IMG/VR virus record: IMGVR_UViG_3300027566_000015
Coordinates: 1 to 39,463 of that record
DNA from: a virus
Lineage: Duplodnaviria; Caudoviricetes
Strand: one strand, 5' to 3'
Length of the DNA: 39,463 nucleotides
The notes beneath the pieces are model-generated. The model was not told the DNA's origin. It worked only from the letters and a program-made list of their open reading frames with translations, and searched no databases. Shown piece by piece: positions 1-7,749 of the stretch (its first letter is position 1; each line of letters opens with the position of its first letter). Made by a program: the position numbers and the translations under genes.

Positions 1-1
1 A

Positions 2-76
2 TGGCAGGAGTAGCAGGATTCGAACCTGCGCTACATAGATTAACAATCTACTGCCTTACCGCTTGGCTATACTCCT
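2..76 (-). tRNA. tRNA-Asn (GTT) with encoded CCA
   Basis: Reverse complement folds as a cloverleaf: acceptor AGGAGTA/TACTCCT, discriminator G then CCA, anticodon arm GTAGA-TTGTTAA-TCTAT, T arm GCAGG-TTCGAAT-CCTGC. Confidence 0.93.
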
Positions 77-77
77 G

Positions 78-163
78 TGGTGGATAGGGAAGGATTTGAA
101 CCTTCGTGCTTTTTAGGGAACGGATTTACAGTCCGTTGGTTTCAACCACTCACCCACCTATCC
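78..163 (-). tRNA. tRNA-Tyr (GTA) with long variable arm and encoded CCA
   Basis: Acceptor GGATAGG/CCTATCC followed by ACCA, anticodon arm ACGGA-CTGTAAA-TCCGT, T arm GAAGG-TTCAAAT-CCTTC; one nt from tRNA-Asn. Confidence 0.93.
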
Positions 164-369
164 TAAAATTTTAATCTTCTACCATAAATACCAGCGTTCT
201 TTAACCATTTGATTATTGTGGCGTATGATACACCAAGTTCATCAGCAACAGCTAAAGCTGATTTCCCTTCATCTACGTATTTTCTACGTAGTATTTCTTC
301 AATAGGGAAATCTCCATACATTCTTTCAATAGTGAGAATTAGTTTTGATTTACGTATAATATTTTTCAT
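163..369 (-). CDS. Small helix-turn-helix DNA-binding protein
   Basis: KSALAVADELGVSYATIIKWLK is a typical HTH; its TAG stop overlaps the first base of tRNA-Tyr. Confidence 0.8.
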   Translation of the reverse strand: MKNIIRKSKLILTIERMYGDFPIEEILRRKYVDEGKSALAVADELGVSYATIIKWLKNAGIYGRRLKF

Positions 370-375
370 AAACTA

Positions 376-403
376 ATTATATCACTACTGAATAAGAATG
401 CAA
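376..403 (-). promoter_or_regulatory. Sigma-A-like promoter (TTGCAT-16-TATAAT, extended TGn -10) for the HTH/tRNA unit
   Basis: Minus strand reads TTGCAT tcttattcagtagTGa TATAAT tagttt ATG. Confidence 0.65.
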
Positions 404-421
404 GAGTATATAGTATATTTT

Positions 422-1108
422 TTACCATTTACCTGAAATAATATTGTTATATTTCACATCAATAAGAATTTCATTATCTAATTCTTCTTTAGCGTGGAAG
501 TTGATAAGTTGCCTTGCACACCAAGCAGCAATGGTTGTAGCAGTAGTAATGACTGTTTTACTATTACCACATGCTGAAAGTTCAGTTTCATCATCGGTAT
601 AATAAGTGTTTTCATACTCTTTGATGTGCTTTGGGTCGCATGGATTAACATTATATATGCGTCCTAAATCAAGTCCCATGCGTGGTTCAATAAGGAGTTG
701 TACAGCAGGTTTTAACTTAATGCTGTTTTCCCAAATACGTTTACGTTCTGCCATACTGTCAACCATAAGGAAAACAATACCATGTAAACGTTGGTTGGTG
801 AATTTTTTAGGAATTTCTTTAATGATAAAATCTCCAATTGTTTCATAAACTATTTCACCCAATGCTTTAACCTTGTCTCTTTTAATATCTGTTTCTTCAT
901 TAGAACTAAAATTAGTTGTACGATATGCTTGATTAGCAATATTGTGTTCTTCAACTATGTCAAAATCCCATACTGTAATATCGGTTATGCCTAACTTAGC
1001 AAGCATTAAGGTAAGCCAAGAACCAGTAGCACCAGCACCAATTATTGTTATTGGTAATTTAAAATTTTCAGGATTAAAGAGTTCTTTGTGTCTTGATGTG
1101 TCTAACAT
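422..1108 (-). CDS. E1-like ThiF/MoeB-family adenylating (Ubl-activating) enzyme
   Basis: IIGAGATGS nucleotide-binding loop, WDFDIVEEHNIANQ, K-x-K, VDSMAER, EPRMG, and a candidate catalytic Cys in ELSACG. Confidence 0.9.
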   Translation of the reverse strand: MLDTSRHKELFNPENFKLPITIIGAGATGSWLTLMLAKLGITDITVWDFDIVEEHNIANQAYRTTNFSSNEETDIKRDKVKALGEIVYETIGDFIIKEIPKKFTNQRLHGIVFLMVDSMAERKRIWENSIKLKPAVQLLIEPRMGLDLGRIYNVNPCDPKHIKEYENTYYTDDETELSACGNSKTVITTATTIAAWCARQLINFHAKEELDNEILIDVKYNNIISGKW

Positions 1109-1119
1109 TTTATTACTCC

Positions 1120-2088
1120 TTATTTATCCATTTTTGTTTTTATATATGTTGATTTGGCATTATCAAGGATTTCTAATAAATCTTTAACTGGTAATTTGTA
1201 AAGTTTATCTTTAGTAATAAGTCCGTTTTCAAACAACCAAACTTCTACATCATTTATTCTGTTACAAGTTTCACCAATATCAAATAAATCACTTACATTT
1301 AACATATCAAGTAAGCTAAATGCACTTGGAACATCACTTCCTTTTTCCTCGTTTATTTTTTTTTCGTTAAAATTTTTAACTGAACCATATTCATTATAAT
1401 CTCTATAACCCAAACGATTGCCATAGTTCGTATTCGTATAATTCGGGGTATAGAATATCTTTTTTTTTACTTTTTGAAGAATTTCAGGTTTAATTGTATT
1501 TTCAATTTCTTCAAAATAAGAAGTGCTATATTCACTAAGTTTCTTTTGAAGTTCTTTGATTTGTTTTTGAATTGTGTATTCTTCAGTGTTTAATAGTGTT
1601 TCCCAGTGACAATCAATAAAGATAATACCATTATTAAAATCATATACATCAACTTTAAGTTCTTTATCTTTATTAGCAATGATACGTATAAACCAGTCAT
1701 GACCACCAGTTGCGAAAGTTTCCATTTGTTTGTTATCTTGTCCAGATGGTTGTACACTCATATTTACATGAGAATGACCCCATACCTTTAATTCATTCCA
1801 GATTTCCATACCATTTGGTTGAGTTAATAATTGTTCACCAAACAATCCAAGTCCTTCTGAAGTGATTTCAGTAGTTGTAGAGTGTACTTCTTGGTCAAAA
1901 AGATATACATCTTTAATAATGTATATTCCTTTCTTTTTAATTGCTGTACCAAGCCAACCAATTTCATCAGTGCAATTTTTAACATAAGCCATCATTTTTG
2001 CGATTGCTTGTTTATGAATCATTATTTCTGGTTTTAATGTTTGTACTACTGCTACAGTAGTAGTTGGGTTTAATCTTTCTTTAAACAT
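1120..2088 (-). CDS. JAB/MPN+ metallopeptidase (Ubl-processing or deconjugating)
   Basis: DEIGWLG (catalytic Glu) and WGHSHVNMSVQPSGQD match the JAMM HxH-x7-S-x2-D motif; followed by a coiled coil and a low-complexity tail. Confidence 0.88.
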   Translation of the reverse strand: MFKERLNPTTTVAVVQTLKPEIMIHKQAIAKMMAYVKNCTDEIGWLGTAIKKKGIYIIKDVYLFDQEVHSTTTEITSEGLGLFGEQLLTQPNGMEIWNELKVWGHSHVNMSVQPSGQDNKQMETFATGGHDWFIRIIANKDKELKVDVYDFNNGIIFIDCHWETLLNTEEYTIQKQIKELQKKLSEYSTSYFEEIENTIKPEILQKVKKKIFYTPNYTNTNYGNRLGYRDYNEYGSVKNFNEKKINEEKGSDVPSAFSLLDMLNVSDLFDIGETCNRINDVEVWLFENGLITKDKLYKLPVKDLLEILDNAKSTYIKTKMDK

Positions 2089-2089
2089 A

Positions 2090-3190
2090 TTATTTTACCT
2101 CTTCCCAACGTGTTACATTGCGTCCTGCACTGTCTTCTACGTTAGCACTTTCTAAGTAGTCAATTAGAAGTAAGCAAAGTGGATATATTTCTAATGAACT
2201 ACAAAATTCTGCAACAGTTGATTCAATATTGCCTAAACAAGCTTTACCATTACGTCCATCAATATGTGGATGAGGGTCATTTGCAGACCAATAACTTTCT
2301 TTTGGAGTATCACCAAAGAAACGAATTTTAGCATTACTTAAGTCAATTTCGATTTTGAAAGAACCTACATTGTATTTTTTACTATTACTTGCATAACAGG
2401 TTAATGGTACAGTATAAATAATTACCTTACTATCTTCAATTTGTAAGTCGGTAATCTTACTAAAGTTTACAAGTATATCAAGGTCATTAATAAACTTAGT
2501 TATTTGTTTTGCTATTTCTTCATCAGAAGAATTTAACATTTTCATACAACTATTAACTTTATCAATTGCTCTTTTTAGTTTAGCTTTAAAATCTTCTATT
2601 TCATTTTCAGCATTTTCAAGTCTTACTTTGATATCGTTAACTTGTGTTGATTTAAATTGTTTAACATTTTTTTCAACTTCATTTAATAACTTTGCTTTAT
2701 TATTAGTTTTAAACCAAGATTTTTCATTTTGTATATTTACAAAGTGGTTGTTTATTTCTTTAATTATAAATTCAAAAATTGCAAGTCTTTCATCAATTTT
2801 TTCATTATTAGGAAATAGGTTAAAAAGAATGTTTAATTGATTTTTTGTAATGTTATATTCAGCAACAATAAAGCCATTATATATGATTTGAATATCTTCT
2901 TCATTACAACGAGGTGGGAGGAATAAAGTTTCTTCATCAACAAACATATCAACAGTTTCTTCTCCAGAACTTTTTAAAGCTGCATTAATGAAAATGTATA
3001 ATTCTTTATCACTACCAACGTCATGATTATGTTTATCGTGCTCCATGTTGTAAACAAAAACATCATTTAGGTTAGCATCAACCAAGGTGTTTTTAATTAT
3101 TTTACTTAGTTTTGGTTTAAGTGTTTCATGTATTTCTTTACTTCCTCCAAGAAATACTTTGTGACTATTGATTATGATATTTCTAATCAA
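2090..3190 (-). CDS. Prokaryotic E2-like (UBC-fold) protein with central coiled coil
   Basis: C-terminal PHPHIDGRNGKACLGN resembles the E2 HPN/HPH...G..CL active-site motif; sits between Ubl and JAB. Probable start is TTG at 3190 after GGAGGG (ORF track starts at 3205). Confidence 0.72.
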   Translation of the reverse strand: MIRNIIINSHKVFLGGSKEIHETLKPKLSKIIKNTLVDANLNDVFVYNMEHDKHNHDVGSDKELYIFINAALKSSGEETVDMFVDEETLFLPPRCNEEDIQIIYNGFIVAEYNITKNQLNILFNLFPNNEKIDERLAIFEFIIKEINNHFVNIQNEKSWFKTNNKAKLLNEVEKNVKQFKSTQVNDIKVRLENAENEIEDFKAKLKRAIDKVNSCMKMLNSSDEEIAKQITKFINDLDILVNFSKITDLQIEDSKVIIYTVPLTCYASNSKKYNVGSFKIEIDLSNAKIRFFGDTPKESYWSANDPHPHIDGRNGKACLGNIESTVAEFCSSLEIYPLCLLLIDYLESANVEDSAGRNVTRWEEVK

Positions 3191-3240
3191 AATTTTTCCC
3201 TCCATTTTTTTTGTTTTAATTTATTTATTTGTAGGTTTTA

Positions 3241-3292
3241 TGTCCTACTTTAAAGATATATAGAATATACTATATATTCTTAAAGTAAGACA
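3241..3292. repeat. 23-bp imperfect inverted repeat (hairpin)
   Basis: tgtcctactttaaagatatatag / ctatatattcttaaagtaagaca with a 6-nt loop and 3 mismatches. Confidence 0.75.
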
Positions 3293-3329
3293 CAAGCAGA
3301 GCATACCAGTACTTGTGCTTACTTATAAG

Positions 3330-3403
3330 TCGTATAGAGTAGTTTATACTCATACTCAGGAGTAAATCGTATAGAACAGTTTATACTCTTGTTAAGGAGT
3401 ATT
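3330..3403. repeat. Two tandem 37-nt imperfect direct repeats, each with a TACTC-N8-GAGTA hairpin
   Basis: tcgtatagagtagtttatactcatactcaggagtaaa then tcgtatagaacagtttatactcttgttaaggagtatt. Confidence 0.8.
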
Positions 3404-3441
3404 TGTATAAGGAGGAGTGGTCTATGGTAAGTTAAAAGAAA

Positions 3442-3660
3442 CTACATGTTTCCTTTAACCTGTTTGGCCAACAATACCAAATTAGTGCTTTCAGTTACTC
3501 CTTGATTCAGGTTGGTAATCTTAACACCGTCAACTTTTACATCATAACCAGTTGCATCAAGTTCAGCAATTGCTAATACTTCAGAAACAGGTGTTCCAAC
3601 TTCTACAACTACTTCTTGAATTCTCCCAGGCATAACTCCTACACGAATAGTCTTTTCCAT
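3442..3660 (-). CDS. Ubiquitin-like (beta-grasp, ThiS/MoaD-like) protein
   Basis: 72 aa with a beta-beta-alpha-beta pattern (TIRVGV, QEVVVEVGTPVSEVLAIAEL, VKVDG, LVLL) and C-terminus ...KQVKG-NM; AGAGGT SD; first gene of the E2/JAB/E1 cassette. Confidence 0.8.
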   Translation of the reverse strand: MEKTIRVGVMPGRIQEVVVEVGTPVSEVLAIAELDATGYDVKVDGVKITNLNQGVTESTNLVLLAKQVKGNM

Positions 3661-3791
3661 AATTTTTATTACCTCTTTCTTTTAATAAATTTTTTGTTTA
3701 AGTTTTAACCTTGAAACTCCCCTACTCTTCCTTATCCTCCTTATTTATGTGTTTTGAACTTTTTTATTAAGTTCAAAATTTATAACGTATT

Positions 3792-4031
3792 TTATAATTT
3801 AATGTTAGAAAAACATTCTTTTACTTTTTTAGAGATTTGATATCTTATTTTTTCTATTTCTTCTTTGACTATTTCTTGTAATATTTCAGTAATTTCATCT
3901 TTGATTGAATCTTCATCTATTAAATATATATCATCTAATTCAGTTTCGAATTTTTCTAATATGAGTTGTTTAAGTGTTTTTTTAATTTCTATTTCATCTT
4001 TATCTGTGAATATTTTAATTATATCATTCAT
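3792..4031 (-). CDS. Hypothetical acidic helical protein
   Basis: ORF with AAGGAG SD overlapping the end of the previous gene. Confidence 0.7.
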   Translation of the reverse strand: MNDIIKIFTDKDEIEIKKTLKQLILEKFETELDDIYLIDEDSIKDEITEILQEIVKEEIEKIRYQISKKVKECFSNIKL

Positions 4032-4036
4032 TTTTT

Positions 4037-4357
4037 TTACTCCTTTAATGCATTATTAATATGTTTTAAATTTTTTTCATATTCTTTTTCTGTAATCTGT
4101 TTGTTTAATAACATACCGAATAACGTTTCTTTATTCATTGGTATTAACATTCTGTCTGACCAAGAAAATATTGGAAATTTTTTTAAATAATGTCTAATTC
4201 CATTTAGACATACATGTTCTATTTCAAATATTAAACCAGCAACAGGTATCATTTTTTTTACTACACTGTTGTGTTTGTTTCCTTCAAAGTTTAGGTATTT
4301 TTTTTCTTCTAAATCAGGACGTACTAATACTAAATCTCCTTCTTTAAATTTAAACAT
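4037..4357 (-). CDS. Small phage protein, paralog type A (FKEGD-x-V-x-VRPDL ... QITEKEY)
   Basis: Shares N- and C-terminal motifs with its neighbours; AAGGAG SD. Confidence 0.8.
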   Translation of the reverse strand: MFKFKEGDLVLVRPDLEEKKYLNFEGNKHNSVVKKMIPVAGLIFEIEHVCLNGIRHYLKKFPIFSWSDRMLIPMNKETLFGMLLNKQITEKEYEKNLKHINNALKE

Positions 4358-4371
4358 ATTATTATTCTCCT

Positions 4372-4680
4372 TTAATTTATTTTAATTGTTTTTAATTGTT
4401 TTTGATATTCTTTTTCTGTAATTTGTTTACGTATTAATAAATCAAATAAGTATGTTTTTTTATCAATTTTTTCAAACATTTCAATAGAATATCCAAAACA
4501 ATTTTTTTCTAAGTAAATAACATTATTACTTTCATAATCAGGTTTAGTTATACTTTCAATAATATTAATACCTTGCGCAAGTGCAAACATACTTGCTAAT
4601 AATGTTATATCGCCGTATTTATTATCTATTACTAAGTTATCTTTAAGTTTAACGTAATCTCCTTCTTTAAATTCAATCAT
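4372..4680 (-). CDS. Small phage protein, paralog type B
   Basis: Near-identical blocks with 4822..5112 (GDYVKLKDNL, NKYGDITLL, MFALAQGINII, YSIEMFEKIDKKTYLFDLLI, ITEKEYQKQLK). Confidence 0.8.
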   Translation of the reverse strand: MIEFKEGDYVKLKDNLVIDNKYGDITLLASMFALAQGINIIESITKPDYESNNVIYLEKNCFGYSIEMFEKIDKKTYLFDLLIRKQITEKEYQKQLKTIKIN

Positions 4681-4685
4681 ATTAT

Positions 4686-4802
4686 TTACCTTCTTACTAC
4701 ATTCATTCGTTTAGTTTTATAATAATTATAATAATCTTTTTCTTCTAAATCAGGACGAACCATTAATTTCATTTCTCTTTTAAATTCAATAAATTCAACC
4801 AT
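4686..4802 (-). pseudogene. Truncated 38-aa copy of paralog type A
   Basis: Translates as MVEFIEFKREMKLMVRPDLEEKDYYNYYKTKRMNVVRR*, matching the VRPDLEEKKY N-terminus of 4037..4357; AAGGA SD. Not in the ORF track. Confidence 0.65.
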
Positions 4803-4821
4803 ATTTTTATTTTCCTTTAAT

Positions 4822-5112
4822 TTATTTTAATTGTTTTTGATATTCTTTTTCTGTAATTTTTTTATGTATTAATAAATCAAATAAGTATGTTTTTTTATCA
4901 ATTTTTTCAAACATTTCAATAGAGTATACATAACAATTTTTTTTTAATTGAACAACATTTTTAACTTTATAATCAGTTATATTTTTAATAATATTAATAC
5001 CTTGTGCAAGTGCAAACATAGTATCTAACAATGTTATATCGCCGTATTTATTACCTATTATTAAATTATCTTTAAGTTTAACGTAATCTCCTTTTTTTAA
5101 CATATTATTCAC
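4822..5112 (-). CDS. Small phage protein, paralog type B
   Basis: Recent duplicate of 4372..4680; the true start may be the ATG at 5103 behind GAGGTG. Confidence 0.8.
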   Translation of the reverse strand: MNNMLKKGDYVKLKDNLIIGNKYGDITLLDTMFALAQGINIIKNITDYKVKNVVQLKKNCYVYSIEMFEKIDKKTYLFDLLIHKKITEKEYQKQLK

Positions 5113-5338
5113 CTCATTGATTTAGAATTTTTATTTTTTATAACGTATTGTTTTTTTTATTTTTTAGCTGGTTTCTTTTTAAGTCATCTTTTTAATTTTA
5201 AAGATATTGGTAATTTATAGTGACCTTGGCAGCGAATTTATGAAGTAAAGTGAAGAGTACTTCGTTTTTTTCGTATGTAAGTTCTTCCATACATATATTT
5301 TAATACAAATGTACATGTTTGGGAAGACCTAGATTCAC

Positions 5339-5375
5339 AAAAAAAATGCCCTACTTAAAGTTATTAAGTAGAGCA
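5339..5375 (-). terminator. Intrinsic terminator after the 381-aa gene
   Basis: Minus strand TGCTCTACTTAA...TTAAGTAGGGCA followed by a T8 run. Confidence 0.7.
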
Positions 5376-5389
5376 AAATTAGGGGGATA

Positions 5390-6535
5390 TTAATATTGAT
5401 AAAGGAGAATGTTTAACGCTATTGGATTTTCATTACAAAGCGTTACAAGTCCTCCAAAATCAATGGCATCGTTATTTAACGCATCAAGCATGAAGTTTCT
5501 AATTTTATCTTTACGAGGTCTTGTGTAATCATCAGTTTCTACATCTTCTGTAAGTAAGGAAACAATAGATTGATGCAAATCTTCATCTGCATAACCTACT
5601 ACTGCTTCTAATTTAAACATAATATCGGAAAGTTCAGCGTATTCTGTTTTTTTAATATCCTCAGCGGTTTTAGGTTTTCTGAGTTCTTCAAGAGTTTCAT
5701 CTTGAGGAATTTCATTTTTTTCTTTTATTTTAATTCTTAATTGTAAATCATTAATATGTTGATTTGCAGTTTTTTGAGAAAATAAATCAAGTAAGTCTTC
5801 ATCAATAGAATTGTATCCTTGAGGATTACTTGTATCTTCTTCATGAGATTTAGCAGTTTGTGGTAATTCTATAATGTTGCCGCTTAAATCAAGAGCGTAT
5901 TCTATTACTTTAGGTTTTTTAGTTTCAATTAGTCTACCTTCTAATTTGCGTATAAATTCTTTTTGTTCTTTAGTTATTCGTTCTTTTTTCCATTTATAAA
6001 AGGTAACTTTATATTTATCTATAAACATGGAAGCATTTTTATGATTAAATTTTTCTTTAATTTGTTCATCGAATTCTTCTCTAGTACAACGCCGCCATAA
6101 CCCATTTTCTAAGTCAACCTTACGAGATAAACCCATACTTTCAAAGTCAATATCAATACATAAGTACATTTCTGATAATGTATTGAATTGTTGTTCACTA
6201 AGTGGTGCTTTATCGCTATAATCTTTTATTAGAGAGTTTAGAAATTCAATTTTTTTACTAGCAGTTCCTTCTTTACCACCTGAATAAGTGTAAAGTTCTT
6301 CATCAGAAATTGTATTAATATGTACACCTATTTCTTGAAGTTGTAATATTCTTTTTCTAATGCCATTAAGTTGAGCATCAGTTGCAGGTTGAAATTTAAG
6401 CATTGTAGTAATGTTATCACCGAGTTCTTTTGGAGACATAAGAAGATGGTTTTTAGGAGTAATGTGACGTTGTAAACATAAATCAGTATAGAATTTAATT
6501 CTTGCTTCACTATGATTAAATGTTGCGACTGCCAT
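5390..6535 (-). CDS. Hypothetical protein with repeated helical modules
   Basis: 381-aa ORF with AGGGGGA SD; recurring (T/S)xxQ...ASxxIxxL units. Confidence 0.8.
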   Translation of the reverse strand: MAVATFNHSEARIKFYTDLCLQRHITPKNHLLMSPKELGDNITTMLKFQPATDAQLNGIRKRILQLQEIGVHINTISDEELYTYSGGKEGTASKKIEFLNSLIKDYSDKAPLSEQQFNTLSEMYLCIDIDFESMGLSRKVDLENGLWRRCTREEFDEQIKEKFNHKNASMFIDKYKVTFYKWKKERITKEQKEFIRKLEGRLIETKKPKVIEYALDLSGNIIELPQTAKSHEEDTSNPQGYNSIDEDLLDLFSQKTANQHINDLQLRIKIKEKNEIPQDETLEELRKPKTAEDIKKTEYAELSDIMFKLEAVVGYADEDLHQSIVSLLTEDVETDDYTRPRKDKIRNFMLDALNNDAIDFGGLVTLCNENPIALNILLYQY

Positions 6536-6666
6536 ATTTTTAATAATCCCCCTTTATTATTGTGTTTTAATTTTATTTTTTATAACGTTTTTTTTAATAT
6601 GTTTTTACGTATAAAAAAATGATAACGCCCCAGGCTGTTAGGCGTGGAGCGCATCATATATTTTAA

Positions 6667-6945
6667 TTATTTTCTTAATAACTCGTACAGTTTGTTCCAA
6701 CCCATTTTCGTTAATCCGTACCATTGATATTCTTTTTGTTTGTACGTATTGATACGGTAGCGGCAATATCGTACTTGAATCAATACATCAAGTGCAGAAT
6801 CAATATCATTACTAGAGATTAAGCGTCCTTTCTCATTTAATAGGTTCTTAATTTCAATGTTAGAGGACATTTTCCTCTTGCCACCTTTATTCTTTGCAAG
6901 TTGAGCAAGAGCCTTCATAACTAGAAAACTATTGGTTTCAGCCAT
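6667..6945 (-). CDS. Probable winged-helix DNA-binding protein
   Basis: Basic 92 aa with SNDIDSALDVL helix and YGLTKMG wing-like end; AGGAGG SD. Confidence 0.55.
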   Translation of the reverse strand: MAETNSFLVMKALAQLAKNKGGKRKMSSNIEIKNLLNEKGRLISSNDIDSALDVLIQVRYCRYRINTYKQKEYQWYGLTKMGWNKLYELLRK

Positions 6946-6985
6946 GATTATTCCTCCTTATTTTATATTCTAAGGGTGTAGAATG

Positions 6986-7372
6986 TTAACTAGTAAAAGA
7001 CATATCTTCCATGTCATCTATTGTAGTTGCTTCTTGTGGTGCTCGGTCAAGGAATCGTACTTGATTTGCTCTAATCTCCCAAGCTTTACGGCGTACAGGG
7101 GGAGTAGAAGAGTCATCATAACTGCGTACATGAATTGAACCACTTACAGAAACAAGTCTGCCTTTAGTCATGAATTTGCCGATGTTCTCAGCAAGTCCTC
7201 CCCAACAAATAATATCAAGGAAATCAGTTTGTTTTTGTTCTGCTTGAGGATTTTGTCTTACTCTGTCAACGGCAATACGAAACTTAGCCACTGTGGTTTC
7301 TCCATTGAAACCTTGTACTTTAGAGAGAATTGGGTCTGCTACCATACGTCCTACTAAATTTACACTGTTCAT
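6986..7372 (-). CDS. ssb: Single-stranded DNA-binding protein
   Basis: MNSVNLVGR..DP, FRIAVDR, TDFLDIICWG, KGRLVSVSGSI, acidic tail. Confidence 0.95.
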   Translation of the reverse strand: MNSVNLVGRMVADPILSKVQGFNGETTVAKFRIAVDRVRQNPQAEQKQTDFLDIICWGGLAENIGKFMTKGRLVSVSGSIHVRSYDDSSTPPVRRKAWEIRANQVRFLDRAPQEATTIDDMEDMSFTS

Positions 7373-7482
7373 TTTGAATACCTCCGTTTGTTTTATTTTT
7401 GGGTAAAAAAATTGAGCAGTATTTATATGAAGAAAGCGAAGTTATGCTTCCTTCGCCCCTTGCTCAGAGGGGAAAAAGTTTA

Positions 7483-7749
7483 TTATTTTACAATTAAATT
7501 AACTAATCTTACTAACACATCACCATGACAAGCGAATGGAGCACAGAAACAACCAAGGCGTTTTCCTTTTAACTCATGTAAATCCATAAGTAATTTTGGC
7601 TGAGTTAGAATCCATTTTTCATATTGAGCAATACATTCTTTTCTTCCAAGAGAGAGAGGAAAGGGATTCCCCCATTTAGAGGGTCTCCCTATGTACACAT
7701 CAAACGGTTCTTTTTTACAATGAACTACACGTGTTGGCATGTTATTCAC
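7483..7749 (-). CDS. DUF4326-family protein
   Basis: VYIGRPSKWGNPF ... LKGKRLGCFCAPFACHGDVL signature. Confidence 0.88.
   Translation of the reverse strand: MNNMPTRVVHCKKEPFDVYIGRPSKWGNPFPLSLGRKECIAQYEKWILTQPKLLMDLHELKGKRLGCFCAPFACHGDVLVRLVNLIVK

Noticed and set aside
422-1108. ThiF as a thiamine/molybdopterin biosynthesis or tRNA-thiolation gene
   Set aside because: No thiG, moaE, sulfurtransferase or thiouridylase in the window, the adjacent tRNAs are not s2U34 substrates, and the E2-like and JAB neighbours fit conjugation better. Not fully excluded.
1356-1468. Two A9 tracts in the JAB gene as programmed frameshift or phase-variation sites
   Set aside because: The frame is intact and such runs are common in Lys-rich, AT-rich sequence; no supporting structure seen.
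3330-3403. 37-nt repeats as a CRISPR or type III antitoxin (ToxI-like) array
   Set aside because: Only two degenerate copies, no spacer and no recognisable ToxN/Cas neighbour; kept only as a structured element.
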